A stretch of 36,917 nucleotides of DNA, from IMG/VR virus record IMGVR_UViG_3300044267_003212, positions 1 to 36,917 of that record; one strand, given 5' to 3'. The position numbers were made by a program, and so were the translations under genes. Every line of letters starts with the position of its first letter. The first letter of the stretch is position 1. The notes below the pieces were generated by a model. The model made no database searches, was not told where the DNA came from, and saw only the letters and a list, made by a program, of their open reading frames with translations. This stretch comes from a virus. Lineage: Duplodnaviria; Caudoviricetes. This document shows positions 18,589 to 25,610 of the stretch, piece after piece.

Positions 18589-20286
18589 TTAAGTGCGTTG
18601 CCACATATCCTCCACAATTGACTTCAATAGCATTTCTCCTAATGATTGATAACCAATTTCAGAGTTTTCTATTCTATCATCTTCTTCTTCAAGAGCGGGT
18701 TTACTAGGTACTGGTGGTCCTTCACTTGCACCCTCTACAGCATGAGGCCCCGGTTTCAAGAAGTCACCTAATGTCATACCACCAGTATCAGCGGGTGGAG
18801 GAGTTGAAGGAGTTGTTCCTCCTGTTCTTGCTCTAATACTTGCGGCCCTGTCCATAGCCCTACTCTGTCTAACCGCTGCTATATCTCCAGAACGTTCTTT
18901 CGTTGCTGCACTGGCTCGGTCAGTGGCTTTGCCTTCCCTGTCGCTTCCGGGAACCGTACCAACAGTTGCTGGTCTTGCAGATGCTGGTTGCTCACCAAAC
19001 ACCTTCGGGTCATCATAAACTGAACCAGCAGATGACTCACTAGGGTCTTCTCCCATAGATACCAACCTTTCTCCTATCATCTTAGCAGCCGCTTCTTCAC
19101 TCATGTCAGGAATCTCTTGTAACAGACCGTCTACAAGTTGTGTAAACATATCATTTTTAGATTCAGGTACATTCATCTCCGATGCCATGCTTAGAAGTCT
19201 ATTTCTTCTTTTATCAGATTCCATTTGACCTTTTTCTTCATCAGTCATTTTGGAGCCTTCTGCCATCCTATCGATATAGCCAAGATTGATTTGAGGACCG
19301 TATGCTCCTCCACCTGCAAATTGCCTCAAATGGTCAGAGTTAGCAAGTCTAAGACCTTGTTCTTGTAGAATTTCAGGCTCAGCCTTGATGGCTTTAGTCA
19401 TAGCATCAATAAGGAAAGGCATGTATCTAGCACGCTCTTTCTTACCCATGGAAGTTATTTCACGAGCCTTGTCAGCCAGCCCCGGTATTTTCAACCACTT
19501 TTCACTTTCTTCTGGGTAATTAGTAGCAAAAGTGTTTAGAATTCTACTCAAAGAATTGTGTCTTTGAAATTCATTACTCATTTCCATTTTACCTTCAGAA
19601 TTTCTCATTTTCTGTGCAAATAATTTAGTGTGAATTGGCCAGTCTTTACTATATTCAAAATCGCCACCTACGTGACCGATAGGTGGGTTATCGAAAGTGT
19701 AAGTTTTATCTTCGTCCTCTCTTAGAGTATCTCTCATCATTTCTCTTGAACGTTTGGACGCTGCCCCTGCTTCATCTCGTCTTTGCTTACGTTCCCTACG
19801 CATCTTGTCTTGCTCACTCAAAATGTTAATTCTCTTTCCTCTTTGTGTGACCTTTGTCTTACCTGTAGGTTCAAAAGTGACTTTGCCTGTTTCAGGGTCA
19901 ACCTCTCTTTCCCTTTCTTCTCTAATTCGTATACCTGCACCGGGTTTTATTGTAGTAGTTCCCGGAAGCGCAGACCGCCTTCTTTGGTTTCTACGTGTAT
20001 CGAATTCAGTAGCACCTCCTCTAAAACGAGGTGCTGGGTCCGCAGGTTCGGGACTTAACCCTAGTGACTCTGCAAGTTTGGCTCTCTGCTCTTCAGGTAG
20101 ATTTTGAATTGCCTCAGTTAACTTATCCATGTCCGAATCTGGCTTTTCTTCTGCTGGCTTTTCCTCTGCTGGCTTTTCTTTTCTAGGACCAGAAATAGCA
20201 GCCATGGCCTCATCACGCTTTTTCTTTTCCTCTGCCTTCTTTTGGGCCTTGGTTTTACGAGGTGCCTTGACTAAGATACGACTCAT
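18589..20286 (-). CDS. Hypothetical highly charged, largely low-complexity protein (565 aa); candidate internal virion protein
   Basis: Long ORF with an ATGA overlap and GGAGG SD. K/R/E/P-rich, with no recognisable domain. Confidence 0.7.
   Translation of the reverse strand: MSRILVKAPRKTKAQKKAEEKKKRDEAMAAISGPRKEKPAEEKPAEEKPDSDMDKLTEAIQNLPEEQRAKLAESLGLSPEPADPAPRFRGGATEFDTRRNQRRRSALPGTTTIKPGAGIRIREEREREVDPETGKVTFEPTGKTKVTQRGKRINILSEQDKMRRERKQRRDEAGAASKRSREMMRDTLREDEDKTYTFDNPPIGHVGGDFEYSKDWPIHTKLFAQKMRNSEGKMEMSNEFQRHNSLSRILNTFATNYPEESEKWLKIPGLADKAREITSMGKKERARYMPFLIDAMTKAIKAEPEILQEQGLRLANSDHLRQFAGGGAYGPQINLGYIDRMAEGSKMTDEEKGQMESDKRRNRLLSMASEMNVPESKNDMFTQLVDGLLQEIPDMSEEAAAKMIGERLVSMGEDPSESSAGSVYDDPKVFGEQPASARPATVGTVPGSDREGKATDRASAATKERSGDIAAVRQSRAMDRAASIRARTGGTTPSTPPPADTGGMTLGDFLKPGPHAVEGASEGPPVPSKPALEEEDDRIENSEIGYQSLGEMLLKSIVEDMWQRT
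20139..20180. repeat. 15-bp imperfect tandem repeat (~2.8 copies) encoding EKPAE units
   Basis: ctggcttttcttctg ctggcttttcctctg ctggcttttctt. Confidence 0.85.
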
Positions 20287-20567
20287 GATTCCTTCCTCCC
20301 TAAGTTAAAGTCCATTTGCTTTCCGCACGCAGAGCATTTGGCAGTCCAACAAAAATGCAATAAACCACAATGCGTGCAACGAGTACCCGCACCAATATTT
20401 ACAACATCTCCAGCCTTTTTGTTACGAATGCGTTGCTTCTTAGTAACACCTTCTAGAGGTTTATCTTCGTTAAATACAGAACCTTGCCCATAACTCTCGG
20501 CTAATTTGATGCCACGTTTTTCCAAACGCTCTATATCATCTAATCCAAGATTTGCATATGGGTTCAT
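20283..20567 (-). CDS. Small Zn-ribbon protein (94 aa)
   Basis: CTHC-x10-CSAC near the C-terminus; GGTGA SD. Confidence 0.75.
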   Translation of the reverse strand: MNPYANLGLDDIERLEKRGIKLAESYGQGSVFNEDKPLEGVTKKQRIRNKKAGDVVNIGAGTRCTHCGLLHFCWTAKCSACGKQMDFNLGRKES

Positions 20568-20573
20568 AAGTCA

Positions 20574-20768
20574 TCACCCATATATCACCAAAGCGTAAAT
20601 GTTACCCCTAATATTCACAAAATCTACATCTGTAATGGAAGTAGTACTTGTTGAATTATCGATAGCCTGTACTGCTGCCTCTATTGCTGCACCAGCAGTA
20701 CCGTCATCGAAAGACTTAGGAGTAAATGGTCCTAGTTGCTTTACCTTAACGCCTGTTAAACTTGCCAT
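20574..20768 (-). CDS. Small hypothetical protein (64 aa), probably structural
   Basis: Fills the gap in a tightly packed operon with an SD-like AAGTGA upstream; beta-alpha-beta-beta pattern. Confidence 0.65.
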   Translation of the reverse strand: MASLTGVKVKQLGPFTPKSFDDGTAGAAIEAAVQAIDNSTSTTSITDVDFVNIRGNIYALVIYG

Positions 20769-20772
20769 TATA

Positions 20773-21105
20773 TCACTTCCTTCCTATAACTACAAATAAA
20801 CCGTTCTGTGTTGTTTCTGATGCTTGACCATCTATTGGTGTAGCAGTAACAAGGAATTTAAAAGTTGTATTTGTAACTTGTTGTGCAAAATAGTCGGCTC
20901 GTATCTCAAGATTAGCATCATCTGCTTGGTTCCTAAACTGTACAGGAAACATAGCACTTGCATCTTGATGAACAATTATTTGTTCAATTACATTCATGTA
21001 AGGTGACACGTCCACTGTAGTCGCTGCTCCAGTTGTAGTTATGCCAGAAATCATCACTTTGTTCCCGACCACAGTAGGACCGTTTTCATCAAATGATGCA
21101 GGCAT
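20773..21105 (-). CDS. Small beta-rich paralogue 4 (110 aa), putative head decoration/fibre
   Basis: GPTVVGNKVMISG..TVDVS..GLFVVIGRK, shared with three upstream genes; TAATG overlap. Confidence 0.7.
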   Translation of the reverse strand: MPASFDENGPTVVGNKVMISGITTTGAATTVDVSPYMNVIEQIIVHQDASAMFPVQFRNQADDANLEIRADYFAQQVTNTTFKFLVTATPIDGQASETTQNGLFVVIGRK

Positions 21106-21434
21106 TAACCTCTCCTCCCCATAGCCATGAATTTACCGGGTTCTGAAGCACCTGCACTAGTAGCAGGTCCTTGATACAAAGTAACTATACAAGTAGAATC
21201 TGCAAGTTTGAAAGCGTCTTGTAAACTCATGTTTGCATTACCTTCAGTTTCTTCTATGACTGCTCTAGCAACAAAAGTTGCAACAGTGTCTGTAGGGGTT
21301 ATTGAAAAAAACTCTATAGAATTTGGTGCGTAAAAATCACTAAGGTCAATCGTTGTATCCCCGGCCTCATAACTACCAGTAATCATAATCATGTCACCAA
21401 TAGAGTTAGGTCGAGGGTCAATAGTTACTGCCAT
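21105..21434 (-). CDS. Small beta-rich paralogue 3 (109 aa), putative head decoration/fibre
   Basis: IDPRPNSIGDMIMITGSY..TIDLS..GKFMAMGRRG; TAATG overlap. Confidence 0.7.
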   Translation of the reverse strand: MAVTIDPRPNSIGDMIMITGSYEAGDTTIDLSDFYAPNSIEFFSITPTDTVATFVARAVIEETEGNANMSLQDAFKLADSTCIVTLYQGPATSAGASEPGKFMAMGRRG

Positions 21435-21757
21435 TAACTTCTCCTCCCAATAATCATAAATTTACCACCGCCATTTGCAACTGAATCTATTGGGGTGTGT
21501 ATAGTTATAGACCTGCTACCCGGCGTGTTGTTTACTGTAACAAAATTAGGAATATTAACGTTACCTGCTGTTTTTAGTGCAATGTTAGTTTGGGAATCTC
21601 CCATGTGGGAAACACCAAAAATACGTTTCAAACCCAATGATTCTAAACTTATTGCGACCCCAGCATCAGTGGCTTCGTAAGTTCCTGTAATCAGAACTCT
21701 GTCACCAAATGTTGAAACTCTTGTATCAATCACTACTGCCACACTAGTCACCGCCAT
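21434..21757 (-). CDS. Small beta-rich paralogue 2 (107 aa; start corrected to ATG at 21757)
   Basis: MAVTSVAVVIDTRVSTFGDRVLITGTY..AISLE..GKFMIIGRRS. ATG overlaps the upstream TAA; the longer call to 21904 overlaps the upstream gene. Confidence 0.7.
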   Translation of the reverse strand: MAVTSVAVVIDTRVSTFGDRVLITGTYEATDAGVAISLESLGLKRIFGVSHMGDSQTNIALKTAGNVNIPNFVTVNNTPGSRSITIHTPIDSVANGGGKFMIIGRRS

Positions 21758-22041
21758 TAACTGCGCTGACCTAATGCCCACCATGTACCAATCTGATTTG
21801 CCACGCATTGTATTGCCAAAACAGTGTTTGGTGCTATGAAAGCGAATGTTCCATCTACACCAGCACCAGTTCCCGCAGTGGTGGAAGATGCATTTGCACC
21901 ACAACCTACTATTGAACTCAAGAAATCACTTAAGTCAATTGCATCACCAGTAGAACCACCATCATTAGTAAACGTTCCAGTCACTAACATTAGATTACCT
22001 AATGCAGTTGGCCTTGTATCGATTGTAAATGTAAATGCCAT
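21757..22041 (-). CDS. Small beta-rich paralogue 1 (94 aa), putative head decoration/fibre
   Basis: IDTRPTALGNLMLVTGTF..AIDLS..GTWWALGQRS; TAATG overlap. Confidence 0.7.
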   Translation of the reverse strand: MAFTFTIDTRPTALGNLMLVTGTFTNDGGSTGDAIDLSDFLSSIVGCGANASSTTAGTGAGVDGTFAFIAPNTVLAIQCVANQIGTWWALGQRS

Positions 22042-22439
22042 TATTCGTCAGCCCCCTTTACCTCTTCCACCGCTTCCTCGACTATAGTCTCTTCGACTAC
22101 TTCTGGTTCTGGTTCTTCTATTTCAGGTGGGTTCAATACTTCTCCGACTTGCTTCAATAGTTTAGTCTTAGTAGCATAACCCTTTGTCTCAGCACCGTTT
22201 TCAGCCAACCATGCTCTGATGTCTTTGATGGTCCAACCCTTGTCAGGTAGCCCATCGTTTTCTGCATCGACAGTTACTCCTGCATCACCTTCGACTTTGA
22301 AGTCTTTAGGTGATAACGTATTCCGATATCTGTCCATCCATTCCTGAGATACTTCAACAGGTTGCCCTCGTTCCCAAGAGCCTGCTATGTCCGCTCTGCG
22401 TCTCCACATGAACGGACCCAAAAAGGTCACCGTAGGCAC
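22041..22439 (-). CDS. HeH/SAP-like domain protein with an acidic tail (132 aa)
   Basis: WTIKDIRAWLAENGAETKGYATKTKLLKQV helix-extension-helix pattern; GTG start after GAGGTG. Confidence 0.65.
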   Translation of the reverse strand: MPTVTFLGPFMWRRRADIAGSWERGQPVEVSQEWMDRYRNTLSPKDFKVEGDAGVTVDAENDGLPDKGWTIKDIRAWLAENGAETKGYATKTKLLKQVGEVLNPPEIEEPEPEVVEETIVEEAVEEVKGADE

Positions 22440-22448
22440 TTAAGCACC

Positions 22449-22913
22449 TCAGTTGAGTAGCATTACTGTTACTGTAAACTGGCCACCGGCTTCACCGTGA
22501 GCCACAATTGCTGGTAGTGCTCCACCAGTCTTAGTAGCAGGTGCAGTACCTGTGTTAGTAAAAGTCAATTGAAGGTCTTTGTCAGTCACGTTAAAAGAGT
22601 AGCCAAGAATTGCTACAATTTTTGAAGCGCCTGCACTGATAGTCATTGTCTGCTCAGCAGCGTCTGCTAAGGTAGCCTGAATGGTTACCATTCGCATACT
22701 ACCGACAGCACTTCCATCAGCGTTGTTAGCGTTAAAACCTGTTAGAGTGCCCGGGTATGAGCCACCTGAGTTTCCATTTAACCAACCAGTTTCGTCTACT
22801 GGTGTTCCTGTTCGCATGTCTAAATCCATTAGGACTGAGACAGTGCCTGTACTAAAATCACCATCATCGAATGATATTGTCAGTCCTTTGCTTGTTAATG
22901 TTTCTGTTGCCAT
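22449..22913 (-). CDS. Putative capsid decoration/cement protein (154 aa)
   Basis: Immediately downstream of the MCP, G/T/S/A-rich and beta-stranded, and has the same 22-nt upstream element as the MCP. Confidence 0.55.
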   Translation of the reverse strand: MATETLTSKGLTISFDDGDFSTGTVSVLMDLDMRTGTPVDETGWLNGNSGGSYPGTLTGFNANNADGSAVGSMRMVTIQATLADAAEQTMTISAGASKIVAILGYSFNVTDKDLQLTFTNTGTAPATKTGGALPAIVAHGEAGGQFTVTVMLLN

Positions 22914-22915
22914 AA

Positions 22916-22937
22916 TTTTTCATCTCCTTATTTTTTT
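22916..22937 (-). promoter_or_regulatory. 22-nt A-rich SD element AAAAAAATAAGGAGATGAAAAA (copy 2)
   Basis: Identical to 24118..24139; ends just upstream of the ATG at 22913. Confidence 0.75.
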
Positions 22938-22948
22938 CCTCATTATCC

Positions 22949-24115
22949 TCACTGTAGGTCACGGATAGAACCTTGACCTCCAAAGAAAGTTGTCCATACT
23001 TCACCCATTGTTCGGTAAAGTCCTTCCTGACCCAATCTGTTGATTGCGAATGGGTCACCAGTTTCGATACCACTTTCAAAGTATTGTGTAGGAATTCCAG
23101 TGCTAAAGTACATGTAATCAGTGTCTAAGAAATACATTCTGCTGATACCATCAGTTTGAACGTCCTTGGATGGAATGATTGGTACTCCATTGTATGTTGC
23201 AACAATGAAACCTGCTTCGATACCGGGTACACCCTTAACACCGTTGTAGGTTGGAGTAACTCTCTTTTCTTCCATGAACCTTTGCTGACTTTGTAGCAAT
23301 TGTTGAATTCTCATCAATGTGTCATATCCAGTTAAGATAACCTTTGGATTTCCACCACGTACCCAAATCTTCTGGAACATTCCATCAAGATGGTCTAGTG
23401 AAAGAGTTAATCTGTTTGCTGTACCTGCATCTGCACCACAAGTAACTTCTGCTGCGGACCATGAGTTAGCACTTCTATCAATGCTGTAAATATCTAGGTC
23501 TGCTGCTGCGCTAACGTGGGTTGTACCACCGCTGGTTCTTAGACCAGTCAATCCAGTTGTAGTTCCATCTGCGGCAGTGATTCTATCAAGCGACTCGATA
23601 TCGTTGCCTGCTGGTGTCTCTACATCTCCAGTTAACATTTGGTTGATGTGTTCTGCATGGTGTTTACCCATTTCTTCCTTTAGTACACTGCGAATGTCTC
23701 CAAGTCCATCGTCCTTGTCAGCAAGGAAGATAGCGACTTCACTCATATCGAATGTGTGAGCGATAGTCTTTGGCTTTGCAGCAACATTTTGGAAAGTAGG
23801 CTTGGTAGTGTCTGGTAGAGTACCGTTCTCAGCAATACCGCCGCCAACTGCTGTTGAAGGCTTTGCTGTAACTACTCTCCATCCGCTTCTGTCCCAAGGT
23901 TTCTTTGGTAGAATGCTGAATGCGTTAAATTCTTGGTTCAACTGAGACCATACCTTTCGTCCGTAGATTGCTTGGTATGTACCCGCAGTTGTGCTAAGCA
24001 TTGGTGCATCCGCTTTCAGTAGTTCAGAACCACTGTAGGAATACCCCATTGCGTTGCCAGCGCCATAGTAGTAGCGCTCTAGGTCTTTGACTGTTCTTAC
24101 GTAATTTCTTGCCAT
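22949..24115 (-). CDS. Major capsid protein, HK97 fold (388 aa)
   Basis: Follows the protease. AIYGRKVWSQLNQEFNAFSILPKKPWDRSGWRV..ATYNGVPIIPS..YRTMGE..QGSIRDL resembles archaeal caudovirus MCPs. Confidence 0.92.
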   Translation of the reverse strand: MARNYVRTVKDLERYYYGAGNAMGYSYSGSELLKADAPMLSTTAGTYQAIYGRKVWSQLNQEFNAFSILPKKPWDRSGWRVVTAKPSTAVGGGIAENGTLPDTTKPTFQNVAAKPKTIAHTFDMSEVAIFLADKDDGLGDIRSVLKEEMGKHHAEHINQMLTGDVETPAGNDIESLDRITAADGTTTGLTGLRTSGGTTHVSAAADLDIYSIDRSANSWSAAEVTCGADAGTANRLTLSLDHLDGMFQKIWVRGGNPKVILTGYDTLMRIQQLLQSQQRFMEEKRVTPTYNGVKGVPGIEAGFIVATYNGVPIIPSKDVQTDGISRMYFLDTDYMYFSTGIPTQYFESGIETGDPFAINRLGQEGLYRTMGEVWTTFFGGQGSIRDLQ

Positions 24116-24117
24116 AT

Positions 24118-24139
24118 TTTTTCATCTCCTTATTTTTTT
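24118..24139 (-). promoter_or_regulatory. 22-nt A-rich SD element AAAAAAATAAGGAGATGAAAAA (copy 1), preceded by a partial duplicate AATAAGGAGAT
   Basis: Read directly in the protease-MCP intergenic region. Confidence 0.75.
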
Positions 24140-24149
24140 ATCTCCTTAT

Positions 24150-25577
24150 TTATTGCCATACGCTCCCTGCGAGTGCGTGAACTTCATCCCAACTCATGGT
24201 ACCTAGTTCTTCTGCGGAAGGTATGTTTACTGTTGAAACGTTGTTTGCTGACTTCATTACTGGAGTTGCTTCTGATGGAGAGGTAGCGATTGAATCAATT
24301 CTGCCACTCAAGTTCTCAATAGCCTTTTGGATTTCTCCTAATGGACCACGAGCATCGAATGCAGCAGCATCTCTTGCGTTTCTCTCATCAACTTGTTCTT
24401 TGCTTAATCTATCTGCGAAAACAGTGTTTAGACTGTTTTTGAATTGCTCTTCGATTGCAGCAGCCTTGTATACTTCATATGCTGCTTCAATATCAGTAGG
24501 TGAAACATTGTCAGGTGCAAGGAAGTCAGACTTCTGCACACTGCCACCACTACTTAGACCAGCACGGCTAAGAGCATTTGCTGATGGGGAACCACCTTCT
24601 GTTGCTCGACCTTTAACTTGTCCACCGAAGTAATCAGCACCATCGCCGATTTCTTCAGGAGTAGAGCCAAGATTAGCCTTCTCAATATCATCAAAGTGAG
24701 ACCTTGCGCCAACAATATCTACACCTTGACCTTTTAATGTGTTCTCCATCCAGTGGAGGTAATCACTAGAGATAACGTCAGAGTATTCCCCTTTCTCCAT
24801 CTCTCCTTCATGTCCGCCACCGTACATGCCTTTCTTTCCGTCTTCTTTTTCGTCCATTTCTTCACCTTCATCTTCATCTTTTTTAGATTCTTTAGGTTCA
24901 TCTTTCTCGTTCATCTTAGGAGGGAACTCTTTTGCTACGTTATCCATAGCCGGAGTACCATTCTCCATGTCGTCCAATTTCTTATTCAATCGGTCAAGAA
25001 CGCTAGATAGTTCTCCCAATGCATCATTTTCATTTCCATTCATACTTGTGTCCTCCTTCAATATACGGAATGTCGCCTCCGGGTTAATACCTTTTTCACA
25101 AATGGTAACTTCATGAAGTTCCAGTTTGGAAATTTCGGTGTAATTACCGTGCTCAGCATCATGCTTGTTAATACGCTTAAATGCCTGACCTCCAATACTG
25201 AACCCTCTAAGGGTACCTTTGCGAATTTGGTTGGCTACTTCACGAGCCTTTTCTATGTCGTCACGTAGTTTGATAACAACAAACATACCTGAATCATCGA
25301 CTGCTGACTTCCACATGCGTCCGTCACTGTCTGTATAGTGAGGGATTACTTCTCCTACTTGTATGTTGGAGTGTGCTAATTGCACATTTCTGTAGTTAGA
25401 TGCTTTCATGAAATCTCCAAAAGCATCTTTTAGAGCATAAGAAGTGATTTTGTCACCTTGCTTATCTACCATTTCTACACTTGCGTAACCAGCGATTACC
25501 AAGTCATTAGATGACTTAATGATGTGCAAAGAACCCTCATCAAAGGAAGGTGCTCTCATCATCGCTGCGGAAGCCAT
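24150..25577 (-). CDS. Prohead (maturation) protease fused to a scaffold region (475 aa)
   Basis: VIAGYASVEMVDKQGD..QLAHSN..LRGFSIGG..LHEVTICEKGINPEATF is an HK97/XkdF-type protease with His and Ser candidates; followed by an acidic coiled-coil scaffold. Confidence 0.9.
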   Translation of the reverse strand: MASAAMMRAPSFDEGSLHIIKSSNDLVIAGYASVEMVDKQGDKITSYALKDAFGDFMKASNYRNVQLAHSNIQVGEVIPHYTDSDGRMWKSAVDDSGMFVVIKLRDDIEKAREVANQIRKGTLRGFSIGGQAFKRINKHDAEHGNYTEISKLELHEVTICEKGINPEATFRILKEDTSMNGNENDALGELSSVLDRLNKKLDDMENGTPAMDNVAKEFPPKMNEKDEPKESKKDEDEGEEMDEKEDGKKGMYGGGHEGEMEKGEYSDVISSDYLHWMENTLKGQGVDIVGARSHFDDIEKANLGSTPEEIGDGADYFGGQVKGRATEGGSPSANALSRAGLSSGGSVQKSDFLAPDNVSPTDIEAAYEVYKAAAIEEQFKNSLNTVFADRLSKEQVDERNARDAAAFDARGPLGEIQKAIENLSGRIDSIATSPSEATPVMKSANNVSTVNIPSAEELGTMSWDEVHALAGSVWQ

Positions 25578-25602
25578 TGAGCAGTTTGAGTCTAATACAT
25601 AC

Positions 25603-25610
25603 TATTTAAG
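25603..25610 (-). promoter_or_regulatory. Putative archaeal TATA box (CTTAAATA) for a leaderless or short-leader protease-MCP transcript
   Basis: TTAAATA lies 26-32 nt upstream of the ATG at 25577, and there is no SD before this ATG. Confidence 0.5.

Noticed and set aside
21758-21904. Cys/Trp-rich N-terminal extension of ORF 21434..21904
   Set aside because: It overlaps the upstream paralogue; paralogue alignment and the TAATG overlap place the start at 21757
22449-24115. Read-through fusion of the MCP to the downstream 154-aa ORF
   Set aside because: The two ORFs are not in frame and the downstream gene has its own strong SD element
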